Below, one piece after another: positions 40,650-50,028 of a DNA stretch of 64,000 nt (the stretch's first letter is position 1; the number at the start of each line of letters is the position of its first letter). The position numbers and the translations under genes were made by a program. This DNA is from Candidatus Cloacimonadota bacterium (GTDB lineage Bacteria; Cloacimonadota; Cloacimonadia; G963667145), in assembly GCA_963676615.1 (NCBI GenBank), contig OY781092.1, positions 96,001 to 160,000 of the forward strand, given 5' to 3'. The notes beneath the pieces were generated by a model that saw only the letters and a program-made list of their open reading frames with translations, did not search any database and had not been told where the DNA came from.

Positions 40650-41917
40650 GCGGGCTTTATAACTATCTGTTTTTGCCAATTGTGTTGGCGCTTCTTCCGT
40701 TGGCGAAAATTTTCAACAAAAAAATAGCACAATCTCTTGAGGTGCGCAAAAACTTGTTCGCCGAATTAGAGGAAAATTTGCAAAAATTAGAGCAAAATCG
40801 TCCGAGAATTTTGGTGCATAGCACTTCGGTTGGTGAGTGGTTGCAAGCAGAGTCGATTGTCGCGCGGCTCAAGAAAAGAAATCCGCAGCTGGCGGTGATT
40901 GCTAGCTTTTTTTCGCCATCGGGCTACAATTTTGTCGGCGAAAATCACCCGCTTATAGATGTGAAAACATATTTGCCGCTGGACACACGACGGAACGCCA
41001 AAAAATTTTTTGCGCTCATTCAGCCGAAATTTTGGCTGATTTCCAAGTTGGATGTTTGGGCAAATCACCTTTGGCAAGCCAAAAAAATGGGCGTCAAAGT
41101 TTTCCTCAGTTGCGCTACACTTACCAAAATTTCTGGTCGTGACAAGGGGTTGTCCGTTTTTTTTCATCGCAAACTTTACGCCAATATTGACGCGATGTTT
41201 CCCATTTCGCGTCAGGACAAACTGCGCCTTGCGAAGTTGTATGCGGGCAAGATGGTCGTTTGCGGGGACACCAAGCACGATTTGGTGATTGCCGCATCGC
41301 AGAAGCCGCTGAATGCGTCGCTGCATTATTCGAGCGACGAGGTCGTTTTTGTTGCTGGCAGTATTTGGGCAGAAGGGGCGAAAGTTTTGTTCCCCGTTTT
41401 TGAAAAAATTTTGTCTAAATTTCCGAAATTTAAGCTCATTTTGGCGCCGCACGATTTGCGATTTGTGGACGAATTTTGTCGATATTTTCCGCAAGCGGCG
41501 CGATACTCTAGTGTGAAAAAGGGAGCTAGCCCGCAGGTAGTGGTGGTGGATAGCATTGGGCAGCTGGCGGGGCTCTATCGCTTTGCTCAAGTCGCTTATG
41601 TGGGTGGAGGTTTTGCCAATTTTGGGTTGCACAATGTTATCGAAGCGGCGGTGTTTGCGCCACTTTTGTGGGTCGGTCCGCAATTTCACTCCTCGCACGA
41701 AGCTGAGCAGATGGTGAGCCAAAAGGCGATTACGGTCATTAGCAGCACGCAGCAAGCGGAGAAAGAACTTCTCGAATTTTTGCAAAATCGCCAGAAGTTT
41801 GACAAACAAAGAAAAGCTTGCGGCGATTATGTGCGAAAAAATCAGGGAGCGACAGAAAAAATCGTTCGAGCGCTGCTGGTGGAGATGGAGAGTTCTGAAG
41901 CCAAAAGGTTTTCATAA
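40646..41917 (+). CDS. waaA: 3-deoxy-D-manno-octulosonic acid (Kdo) transferase
   Basis: HSTSVGE, FFSPSGY, YLPLD, GDTKHD, AYVGGGF..GLHNVIEAA. Confidence 0.9.
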   Translation: MSGLYNYLFLPIVLALLPLAKIFNKKIAQSLEVRKNLFAELEENLQKLEQNRPRILVHSTSVGEWLQAESIVARLKKRNPQLAVIASFFSPSGYNFVGENHPLIDVKTYLPLDTRRNAKKFFALIQPKFWLISKLDVWANHLWQAKKMGVKVFLSCATLTKISGRDKGLSVFFHRKLYANIDAMFPISRQDKLRLAKLYAGKMVVCGDTKHDLVIAASQKPLNASLHYSSDEVVFVAGSIWAEGAKVLFPVFEKILSKFPKFKLILAPHDLRFVDEFCRYFPQAARYSSVKKGASPQVVVVDSIGQLAGLYRFAQVAYVGGGFANFGLHNVIEAAVFAPLLWVGPQFHSSHEAEQMVSQKAITVISSTQQAEKELLEFLQNRQKFDKQRKACGDYVRKNQGATEKIVRALLVEMESSEAKRFS

Positions 41918-41944
41918 AAAAAGGGAAAGAATTTCTTCTTTCCC
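41916..41944 (-). terminator. Rho-independent terminator of the decarboxylase operon
   Basis: GGGAAAGAA-TTTC-TTCTTTCCC perfect stem, with a T7 run on the minus strand. Confidence 0.75.
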
Positions 41945-41961
41945 CAAAAATATTTTTTTGC

Positions 41962-43818
41962 TTAAGCAATCTCTTCCAAAACCTTTTTCAAGGTGTTTAT
42001 AAAATTGCCCCAATACTGTTTGTAGTCCGTGTTGCTGATGAGCCAAGGCGAAAGAATGCAGGCTCTGAGAACGCGCACGCTTTTAATTTTGTCCCATTCT
42101 GATCCAGGAATTTTGCAGTTTTCCACAAAGCTTTTTGGAGCGTCGCCATAGTTGTCAAATTCCAGCTCCGTCTTCGATGTGATAAAGTCAGTTTTGTAGA
42201 TTGCGCCTGTTTTGTATGAGCATTTGTCGAATATTTTTTGATTAAGCTCGTTCATAGCATCTAGGCTGGTGTTGCCCTTTTCGTTAACGGAAAAACACAC
42301 AATGTTGAAATCTGGATTGGTGAGCGGCGTAATTGTGTAAGTTTTGTCTTTGATTTTGAACTCGCCAAGCTCGACTAAAGCGTCGTAAAATCTGTCTGCG
42401 CCCTCAAGGCTTTTGCCGATTATTCTGCCGTATCCGTTCAAATTTAGCGGAACAGCGCGGTGAGCAGTCCAAACTGCTGCAGCAGAAGCTCCAGCTTTTG
42501 AGCCTTCCATAATGTATGAGCCAAGAAGAGTTGGGCTGTTTTTCATTCCTTTTTCCAGGACATAGTTGGCAAAATACGAAATCATATCCAAGATTCTTCT
42601 GTCGCGAACCACTATTGCGCCAGCAGCGTAAGGGACATAGCCCATCTTGTGCGGGTCGATGGTAGTCGAATCAGCCTCGCCCATAACTTTGTAGGCGTCA
42701 TAGACAGATTTTTTTGGCCAGTTGATCTCCTTGTGAAGAATTACGCCTTCTTTGTGGAGTTTTGCGTTCATTTTGTCGTAATCCATAAATTTGTTGTCTT
42801 CGTCCAAGAAAATAGTCCTTGCATATCCGCCATAAGCGGCGTCGATATGAAGGTAGAAGTTGATGCCTTTTTGGCGATACTCTTTGCGCAAAGCAACAAT
42901 AGCTGCCACATCGTCCACAGCGCCTTCTTCGGTTGAGCCCATAACGGTAACGACTCCCATAATTGGGATTTTTTTCTCAACCAAAGAGTCGATAGTTTCC
43001 CGCAAATGGTTTAAGTCGGTTCTGAAATTTTCGTCAACTTGAACATTGATTAGGTTGTTTTTTCCAATTCCCAGCACATCAGCAGCTTTTGGCCAAGAGT
43101 AGTGCTTGCTTTGAGGCACCAAGATTTTTCCGAATTTGCCCGATTGTGTTCCCATTCCGCGCACAGAATAGTCTCGCATCTCTTCAAACTTGCCTGCTTT
43201 ACGGACTTCGTCCACCAAATCGAGGGTGTCGTCAACATTCATGTTCATAAGTTCCCACTCACTTTTGCCCTTTACAAGCTCCGGCATAACTTTGCTGATT
43301 GCATATGGGATAGATTTTGTGTTTCTTGCCATCCAAAAACCTTCGTAGTTGGCGATTGTTCCGCCGCAAGTGATGTGTCCCCAGCCTTTTTTCTCGTCAT
43401 AACCCAACATTTTCGCCAAATCTTTTCCAGCTTCAATCTCCAGTTCTGTGGTTGCTGGGCTCCCTTCGTAGGCGCAGTTGTTGGGATTGTAGAGAATGGT
43501 GGACATATAGCCCAAATTCGCAGCCATAAGGGTGTCGGAGTTCATTTGCCCAAGATAGCGAGGCGAAAACCAAGGCATCGAATCTTTTTTTAATTTTTCA
43601 GACAGTTCTTTCAGGGCGTCCATTGTTCTTTGCTGAGTTTGTCTAAAAACTTCCTCTCTTTTTTCTTCTGGCCTTATGGAGTCGCTGTCGTGAGGATGAA
43701 ACTCCTTTCGCCATTCCATATGCTCATTCATCATCATATTTAGAGTCTCTTTAAAAAACTCCTCGTTCTCAGATTTTGGACCCAAAAATAGAGCGTTTAC
43801 ATTGTCCTTCTTTTCCAT
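41962..43818 (-). CDS. PLP-dependent group II decarboxylase, tyrosine decarboxylase-like
   Basis: NALFLG.K.EN, HYSWPKAADVLGIG, GSTEEGAVD, HIDAAYGGY, TIDPHKMGYVPY, EGSKAGA: motifs shared with enterococcal TDC; 618 aa. Confidence 0.88.
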   Translation of the reverse strand: MEKKDNVNALFLGPKSENEEFFKETLNMMMNEHMEWRKEFHPHDSDSIRPEEKREEVFRQTQQRTMDALKELSEKLKKDSMPWFSPRYLGQMNSDTLMAANLGYMSTILYNPNNCAYEGSPATTELEIEAGKDLAKMLGYDEKKGWGHITCGGTIANYEGFWMARNTKSIPYAISKVMPELVKGKSEWELMNMNVDDTLDLVDEVRKAGKFEEMRDYSVRGMGTQSGKFGKILVPQSKHYSWPKAADVLGIGKNNLINVQVDENFRTDLNHLRETIDSLVEKKIPIMGVVTVMGSTEEGAVDDVAAIVALRKEYRQKGINFYLHIDAAYGGYARTIFLDEDNKFMDYDKMNAKLHKEGVILHKEINWPKKSVYDAYKVMGEADSTTIDPHKMGYVPYAAGAIVVRDRRILDMISYFANYVLEKGMKNSPTLLGSYIMEGSKAGASAAAVWTAHRAVPLNLNGYGRIIGKSLEGADRFYDALVELGEFKIKDKTYTITPLTNPDFNIVCFSVNEKGNTSLDAMNELNQKIFDKCSYKTGAIYKTDFITSKTELEFDNYGDAPKSFVENCKIPGSEWDKIKSVRVLRACILSPWLISNTDYKQYWGNFINTLKKVLEEIA

Positions 43819-43843
43819 TATAATTTCCTCCTATTATTTTTAT

Positions 43844-45277
43844 TTAATTTGCCTGATTTTTGAGTGCGGCTTCTTTCCAGCTCGGCTTTCTGAAGCTAAA
43901 GATTATGAAAGGAATAGCCAGCATAACCAAAGAACTGATGGCGATGAACAGTTTGTAAGATAGTGGGCTGGCAACATCAAGCTCTGATGGCGGAATAAAA
44001 CCGACGAATATGGCAAACAAAGAAATGATAATTCCCACTATCGAAATCACCCAAATGCCCCAATTTCCGCCAGGAATTTTGTAGGCTCTGGGAACTTCTG
44101 GGTGTGAATATCTTAACTTGATAGCAGCTGTAAGCATTAGAATATACATTATTACATACAAAATTGCGGTTACATTTAAGACCATAATAAAAGTCGTGTT
44201 GATGTTTGGAACAACTGCGTATGATAGACCGACGATAGAGATTAAGGTGGCTTGAATTATAACCAAAGTGGTTGGCGTTCCGTTTTTGTTGGTTTTAGAA
44301 AAAATTGGAGGCAAGTCTCCATTTTCGGCTGTTGCCAAAAAACCTTTAACAGGTCCCAAAATCCATGTGCTTACTTGTCCTACAGCGCCAAAACTGGTAA
44401 GAGCCGCCAAAACAGGAACCAGCCAAAGAAGGTGAAATTGCCCGAAAAACTTTTCGAACGCTTCCATAAGACCTGCTACAAGGCTAATATCTTTTGCAGG
44501 CACAACAAAAGCAACCGCCATCGCGCCGACGACATTGATGACAACCATAATTAACCCAGTCATAAAAATAACTTTGGGAAAGTTTTTTTGAGGATTGTCA
44601 ACTTCGTTGGCATGAGCTGCAGAAGCTTCAATTCCTAGAAAAATAAAGAGAATAGTGGTGAAAATGGTGACATTATGGATGTTGGAAAAATTGGGGAAAA
44701 TGTTTTTAGCCGTGAGAGCGAGGTTGATTTGAATTGGGTTTCCGCTAAAAAGATAAATAATTCCCAAAATGATTATGAGCGCTCCTGGAATAAAAACTCC
44801 CACTGTTACGCAGACTGTGCTCACCATACTTGATGTTTTCATTCCGCCGAGGTTTAGCAAGGTCGCTCCCCAGTAAACAATCAGAATGACCGCAACGATG
44901 AAAGTTTTGTTGGTCGCCAAAGCGGGGTTAATGATATAGGCAAGCGAGCCCGCTATGAAGCCCATAACGGCAACCATCCCGAAAATCATCTGAATCCATT
45001 GCAACCAGATGGCGAGGAATCCAAATCTTTCGCCAAAAGCTTCTCGAACCCAAGCATACACTCCACCTTTTTCTGGCCACCCTGTGGCTAATTCTGCAGA
45101 AACCAGCGCTGTTGGAATAAGAAATGTGATTACCGCAAGCAGTGAAAAGAAAATCATAGAAAGCCCAGTTGAAGCAAGCATCGGCAGATTTCGCACACTG
45201 ACGATGAAAGCCGCAGTGACCATCGTGATCTTGAAAACACTGATTTTTTGAATTGAATTTTTGATTTTTTCTGTCAT
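43844..45277 (-). CDS. Amino acid/amine antiporter (GadC/TyrP-like APC)
   Basis: FLIPTALVSAELATGWP, GIEASAAH, YSHPEVPRAYKIPGG; co-oriented upstream of the decarboxylase. Confidence 0.9.
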   Translation of the reverse strand: MTEKIKNSIQKISVFKITMVTAAFIVSVRNLPMLASTGLSMIFFSLLAVITFLIPTALVSAELATGWPEKGGVYAWVREAFGERFGFLAIWLQWIQMIFGMVAVMGFIAGSLAYIINPALATNKTFIVAVILIVYWGATLLNLGGMKTSSMVSTVCVTVGVFIPGALIIILGIIYLFSGNPIQINLALTAKNIFPNFSNIHNVTIFTTILFIFLGIEASAAHANEVDNPQKNFPKVIFMTGLIMVVINVVGAMAVAFVVPAKDISLVAGLMEAFEKFFGQFHLLWLVPVLAALTSFGAVGQVSTWILGPVKGFLATAENGDLPPIFSKTNKNGTPTTLVIIQATLISIVGLSYAVVPNINTTFIMVLNVTAILYVIMYILMLTAAIKLRYSHPEVPRAYKIPGGNWGIWVISIVGIIISLFAIFVGFIPPSELDVASPLSYKLFIAISSLVMLAIPFIIFSFRKPSWKEAALKNQAN

Positions 45278-45386
45278 TTTTTCTCCTTTTATTATGTAGA
45301 AGTCCTTAACTACATCCTCTTCGCATATGGATTTTTTTAGCTTTTAGTCAAGCTTCTTTTCTATCTATTTTTGTAGCAAAAAACCA

Positions 45387-45426
45387 TTGACAAACTTTTT
45401 GCGTCTTTATTTTGTGCATATGCACA
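45387..45426 (+). promoter_or_regulatory. Promoter (TTGACA) with a perfect 14-bp palindrome TGTGCATATGCACA
   Basis: TTGACA at 45387-45392; palindrome at 45413-45426 upstream of the DUF134 gene. Confidence 0.65.
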
Positions 45427-45446
45427 CAAGAAGCTAAGGAGTGTTT

Positions 45447-45731
45447 ATGACTAGAAGCCGTAAAATGCGGAAATGCAGGTATTTAGGAAACGACAGGGTT
45501 TTTAAGCCTTTGGGGGTGCCTCGTTGTGAGCTTGAGGAGGTTGTTGTTAGTTCCGAAGAGCTAGAGGCGCTACGGCTGTGCAATTACGAGGGCTGCAGTC
45601 AAATTCAGGCGGCAGAAAAGATGCATATTTCGCGAGGGTCGCTGCAACGCGATTTGGCTTCTGGTGCGACAAAAATTTTAGAGGCTATTTTGCACAACAA
45701 AGTGCTGGTAGTCAAGGGAGAGGACGACTGA
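45447..45731 (+). CDS. DUF134 family predicted DNA-binding protein
   Basis: FKPLGVP...EELEALRL..YEGCSQIQAAEKMHISRGS. Confidence 0.88.
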   Translation: MTRSRKMRKCRYLGNDRVFKPLGVPRCELEEVVVSSEELEALRLCNYEGCSQIQAAEKMHISRGSLQRDLASGATKILEAILHNKVLVVKGEDD

Positions 45732-46543
45732 TGGAGCAAGATAGAGCCACGCAGATGGCGGAGCAAGACCAGAGAATTAAGGCGACTTTGAGCAAAATTA
45801 AGCACAAAGTGGTGGTGATGAGCGGAAAAGGCGGCGTTGGAAAATCGACGGTGACCAGCAATGTCGCCTATGGGCTTTCGCAAAGGGGCTATCAGGTCGG
45901 CATTTTGGACGCCGATTTGCACGGTCCGAACATCCCGGTGATGTTTGGTGGACACGGAAAACATCCGCAAGTGACGGGCAAGCCGTATCGGGTTAGCGAA
46001 AATTTGGCGATTGTCTCGCTGAGTTTTTATGCGGAAAATGTGAACGACCCAGCCGTGTGGCGAGGTCCTGCAAAGATTGGGGTGATTCGGCAGCTTTTGG
46101 CGGACATCGATTGGGGCGAGCTAGATTTTTTGCTGGTGGATTTGCCTCCCGGCACGGGCGATGAGCCGCTGACGATTGCCCAGACGATCAGCGATTGCGA
46201 CGGTTGCATCATCGTGACGACGCCGCAAGAGGTGGCTCTTGCCGACACGCGCAAATCTATCGGTTTTGCGGGGCTTTTGCAGATGAAGATTCTGGGAGTT
46301 ATCGAAAATATGAGCGGTTTTGTGTGTCCGCATTGTGGCAAAACGACCGATATTTTCCAAAGCGGAGGTGGCGAAAAAACTGCCAAAGAGTATAAGCTGG
46401 ATTTTTTGGGTAAAATTCCGCTGAATCCGCAAATAATGATGGGCGGCGACAATGGAACGCCGCAGATTGGGCTGAGCGACGATTCGCCGTTTTGGGCGAT
46501 TGTGGATAAAGTCGAAAAAAAGATTAAAAATAAGGAGGATTGA
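45731..46543 (+). CDS. Mrp/NBP35 family Fe-S carrier ATPase
   Basis: SGKGGVGKST, DADLHGPNIP, WRGP, DLPPGTGDE, ENMSGFVCPHC. Confidence 0.93.
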   Translation: MEQDRATQMAEQDQRIKATLSKIKHKVVVMSGKGGVGKSTVTSNVAYGLSQRGYQVGILDADLHGPNIPVMFGGHGKHPQVTGKPYRVSENLAIVSLSFYAENVNDPAVWRGPAKIGVIRQLLADIDWGELDFLLVDLPPGTGDEPLTIAQTISDCDGCIIVTTPQEVALADTRKSIGFAGLLQMKILGVIENMSGFVCPHCGKTTDIFQSGGGEKTAKEYKLDFLGKIPLNPQIMMGGDNGTPQIGLSDDSPFWAIVDKVEKKIKNKED

Positions 46544-46544
46544 G

Positions 46545-46754
46545 ATGCCAGGTTTAGACGGAAAAGGTCCTAACGGACAAGGAAGTATGAGCGGAAGAGG
46601 CTTGGGCAGATGTGCAGGCGAGGAAAACCTCAACGACAGAGATTTTTTGGGAAGAGGCAGACGATTTGCTGGAAGAGGCAGAGGGCTTGGAATGGGTAGA
46701 CGAAACAGATTTTTCGCTCCCAAAGCAGCAGATACGAGTGATGCCAAAGAGTAA
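46545..46754 (+). CDS. DUF5320-like small Gly/Arg-rich protein
   Basis: MPGLDGKGPNGQGSMSGRGLGRC...GRGRGLG; AGGAGG RBS. Confidence 0.8.
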   Translation: MPGLDGKGPNGQGSMSGRGLGRCAGEENLNDRDFLGRGRRFAGRGRGLGMGRRNRFFAPKAADTSDAKE

Positions 46755-47646
46755 GGACAAAATTTTTGAGACTCCAAAAGGGTTTCGTATCGCCATAGCC
46801 AGTGGCAAAGGTGGCACGGGCAAGACGACGCTGTCGGTGAATTTGAGTCGCTGGCTGGCGCAAAAACAGAAGGTGCGATTGGTCGATTTGGATGTCGAAG
46901 AGCCAAATTCGGGGCTTTTTTTGGCGATGTCCGCCGAGCAAAAGCGCTCTGTGAAGCGGAAAATTCCTGCTTGGGATAAAAGCAGTTGCCTTTTTTGCGG
47001 GAATTGTCAAAAAGTTTGCAATTTCAACTCGATTATTCAGACTCAGAGTTTGGTGCTGATTTTTCAGCAGCTATGTCACAGTTGCAGGGCGTGCTTCGAG
47101 CTTTGTCCTGCGGGAGCTTTGCAGCCGAGCGATTACACAGTTGGGCAGGTCAGCTTTTTTGAAGACGAAAATTTGCAGTTTATTGAAGGAAGGCTCGATG
47201 TCGGTCAGGAGCAGGCGGTGCCTGTGATTGCCGAGGTTTTGGACTATTTGGACGAAAATCCGCTTGATGAAGGGTTGACGATTATCGATTCGCCGCCTGG
47301 CGCGGCGTGTCCTGCGGTGGAGACTTTTGGTAGAGCCGATTTTGTGCTGCTGGTGGTCGAGCCGACGCCTTTTGGGCTTTATGACGGTTCGCTGGCGATA
47401 AAAGTGACGCAAGAGCTGGGCAAGCCCGTGGCGGTGGTGGTTAATAAGTGGTCGGGCGATAGCGATTTGCTGCAAGAATTTGTCGCCGAAAATTCGGTGG
47501 AAGTGATTACCAAAATTGGTGAGAGCAAAAAAATCGCCGAAAATTATTCGAACGGTCAGCTGATTTACGAGGATAATCCCGAAGTTCAACAAAATTTGCA
47601 GGAGATTTACGACTATTTTTGCGCTAAAGTGGAGGCGCTTCGATGA
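46741..47646 (+). CDS. MinD-superfamily P-loop ATPase with inserted ferredoxin (COG1149), copy 1
   Basis: SGKGGTGKTT, DLDVEEPN, CLFCGNCQKVC, CHSCRACFELCP, DSPPG, EPTPFG. Confidence 0.88.
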   Translation: MPKSKDKIFETPKGFRIAIASGKGGTGKTTLSVNLSRWLAQKQKVRLVDLDVEEPNSGLFLAMSAEQKRSVKRKIPAWDKSSCLFCGNCQKVCNFNSIIQTQSLVLIFQQLCHSCRACFELCPAGALQPSDYTVGQVSFFEDENLQFIEGRLDVGQEQAVPVIAEVLDYLDENPLDEGLTIIDSPPGAACPAVETFGRADFVLLVVEPTPFGLYDGSLAIKVTQELGKPVAVVVNKWSGDSDLLQEFVAENSVEVITKIGESKKIAENYSNGQLIYEDNPEVQQNLQEIYDYFCAKVEALR

Positions 47647-48518
47647 AAGATTTGCGAGAATTTGTGGTGATTTCTGGCAAAGGCGGAACGGGCAAAACGA
47701 CTGTCAGCTCTGCTCTTGCGTTGATTGGCAAAGAAGAGCTGATTTTGGCAGATTGCGATGTTGACGCTCCAGATTTGCATTTGGTGATGAGTCCTGATGT
47801 GCGAGAAAAAGAAGATTTTTACGCTGGCGAGCTGGCGAAAATCGATGCGGCAAAATGCGTGGCTTGCGGCAAATGTCAAGAGGTCTGCGCTTTTTCGGCT
47901 GTGCAAAAAAAAGATATCGTTTTCAGGATTGAGCCGTTTTCCTGCGAGGGTTGTGGATATTGCGCGCGGATTTGCCCCGCAGAAGCGATCGAGAATTTGC
48001 CACGACTGACAGGGCAAGTGCTGATTTCGCAAATCAAGACGAAAACGACGATGGTGCACGCAAATCTGGCTGTCGGCGGCGAAAATTCGGGCAAGTTGGT
48101 GGCTGAGTTGAAAAATCGAGCCAAAAAAATTGCGGAGGAAGCTGGCAAAAAGATTGTTCTGGTGGACGGATCGCCTGGAATTGGCTGTCCAGTGGTTTCC
48201 AGTTTGTCGGGCGCGAGCATTGTTTTACTGGTGGTTGAGCCGAGCGTTTCGGGTTTGCACGATCTGAAAAGGGTGCTGGAGCTGGTGAAAAAGTTCCACA
48301 TTCAAGCGGCGGCGATTATCAACAAAGCGGATATTAACTTGCAAATAACCCAAAAAATCGAAAATTTTTTGGCTGAGCAAGGCGTGCAGGTTTTGGCGCA
48401 ACTTCCTTACGACAAAGCTTTTTCTAGAGCGATAATTGGCGGCAAGTCGATTGTGGAGTGCGACGATGAGTATCGCAAAATTTTTGCGGAAATTTACAAA
48501 AAATTAAAAGAGATATAG
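47643..48518 (+). CDS. MinD-superfamily P-loop ATPase with inserted ferredoxin (COG1149), copy 2
   Basis: SGKGGTGKTT, DCDVDAPDL, two 4Fe-4S motifs, GENSGKLV, DGSPGIGCPV. Confidence 0.9.
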   Translation: MKDLREFVVISGKGGTGKTTVSSALALIGKEELILADCDVDAPDLHLVMSPDVREKEDFYAGELAKIDAAKCVACGKCQEVCAFSAVQKKDIVFRIEPFSCEGCGYCARICPAEAIENLPRLTGQVLISQIKTKTTMVHANLAVGGENSGKLVAELKNRAKKIAEEAGKKIVLVDGSPGIGCPVVSSLSGASIVLLVVEPSVSGLHDLKRVLELVKKFHIQAAAIINKADINLQITQKIENFLAEQGVQVLAQLPYDKAFSRAIIGGKSIVECDDEYRKIFAEIYKKLKEI

Positions 48519-48526
48519 GAGAAAAA

Positions 48527-48862
48527 ATGAAATTTGCAATAACATCTAAAGGGCAAAGTTTGAGCGATTCTGTCGATCCTCGATTTGGGCGGACGGACTT
48601 TTTGCTGATTTGCGAAGACGAGAAAGTTTTGGAGGCGATAGACAATTCAGCGAGCAAAGATCAGGCGCACGGTGTTGGTCCTGTAACGGCTTCCAAGCTA
48701 GAGGGCAAAGGCGTCGAAGTGGTCATCACGGGCAACGGACCTGGCGGAAATGCCAAGAGGGTGCTGGACGAATTGGGCATCAAAATGTATGTTGGCGCCG
48801 CTGGAATGAACGGCCAAGAGGCTATCGCCGCCTACAAAAACGGCGAATTGAAGCTGTTTTAG
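48527..48862 (+). CDS. NifB/NifX-family metal-cluster binding protein
   Basis: DPRFGR..F, VVITGN, 111 aa. Confidence 0.85.
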   Translation: MKFAITSKGQSLSDSVDPRFGRTDFLLICEDEKVLEAIDNSASKDQAHGVGPVTASKLEGKGVEVVITGNGPGGNAKRVLDELGIKMYVGAAGMNGQEAIAAYKNGELKLF

Positions 48863-48877
48863 GCGAAGGAGAAAAAA

Positions 48878-49228
48878 ATGAGAATTGCGTTTCCGACGAA
48901 CGATAAAATAAATGTTGAGGAGCATTTTGGGCATTGCGCTTTTTTTGCTCTGGTCGATGTGGAGGGCGGCAAGATTGCCAAAACCGAGTTTGTGAGCTCG
49001 CCAGAGCACGCTCCGGGAGTGATGCCGAAATTTTTGGGAGAGCAAAAAGCCGATGTGATTATCACGGGCGGAATGGGCTCGATGGCGATAAATTTGTTTA
49101 ATCAGCAAAATATTCAGACCGTTTTGGGCGCCAGCGGCAGCATCGAAAATTTGGTGAGCGACTATTTGGCTGGAAACCTTGCCAGCAAAGGTTCTGCTTG
49201 CACAGATCACGCAAGAGGTTGTCACTAA
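48878..49228 (+). CDS. NifB/NifX-family metal-cluster binding protein
   Basis: EHFGHC, DVIITGGMG..A, C-terminal C-x-x-H. Confidence 0.85.
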   Translation: MRIAFPTNDKINVEEHFGHCAFFALVDVEGGKIAKTEFVSSPEHAPGVMPKFLGEQKADVIITGGMGSMAINLFNQQNIQTVLGASGSIENLVSDYLAGNLASKGSACTDHARGCH

Positions 49229-49229
49229 A

Positions 49230-50018
49230 ATGGCGAAAAGTTTAATAAAGCCGAAGTTTAAAGCTCTTTTAATCCTTTTCCTGGGTTTTACTCTTCTGGC
49301 TTTATTTTTTTGGAAATTTGATTTACTAGGCAAAGATCGTGGAGCTCCCGTGGCGGTTTTGGGAGCTCCGCCTTGTCTTGAAAAAGCGCTGGAACAGATT
49401 TTGGCAGAGCGTTATCCAAGCGGCGACAGACCTTTTTCGGTGAACTATGCCACTCCGCCTGTGCTGGTTAAGCAGTTGCAAAACGGGCGCGATTACGGCG
49501 TGATTATCAGCGGCAATCGCAAATGGAGCGACTATCTCGCCAAAGAAGGCTACTACAGCCAGAGCGCAGTGATTTTGGGCAACGAGCTGGTGGTGATTGT
49601 GCAGAAAAGTTCGGATTTGCAGGTGAACTCTCCGCAAGATATTTTGCAGGGAAAAAAGATAGCTATGGCGGACTATTCGCACGCCCCGATGGGAAAATAT
49701 GTGAAAAAATATTTGCAAAATCACGGAATTTGGCAGGCGGCAAAGCAGAAAGCGGTGTGTGCACTGAACGATGTGGCAGCATTGAGTATGGTTGCCTCGG
49801 GCAGCGTGGATCTTGGAATCGTGGCGTATTCTGATGCGCAGGCGTCTTCGCAGGTGAAAATCGTTTACACTCTCAGAAAAAAAGTGCCTTCGATCGAGTT
49901 CGAGGCGATTGTTATCAAAGATTGTCCGCAAGAGCTAAAAGATTTTTACGATTATCTGATTTTGCCGTCAACATTGGACAAGTTTTGCGCCAGCGGGTTC
50001 AAAAATTTACGCTTGTGA
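49230..50018 (+). CDS. ModA-like periplasmic oxyanion-binding protein (divergent)
   Basis: GNELVVI, IAMAD...APMGKY, ALSMVASGSVDLGIVAYSDA; N-terminal membrane anchor. Confidence 0.7.
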   Translation: MAKSLIKPKFKALLILFLGFTLLALFFWKFDLLGKDRGAPVAVLGAPPCLEKALEQILAERYPSGDRPFSVNYATPPVLVKQLQNGRDYGVIISGNRKWSDYLAKEGYYSQSAVILGNELVVIVQKSSDLQVNSPQDILQGKKIAMADYSHAPMGKYVKKYLQNHGIWQAAKQKAVCALNDVAALSMVASGSVDLGIVAYSDAQASSQVKIVYTLRKKVPSIEFEAIVIKDCPQELKDFYDYLILPSTLDKFCASGFKNLRL

Positions 50019-50028
50019 GGTAGCAAAA

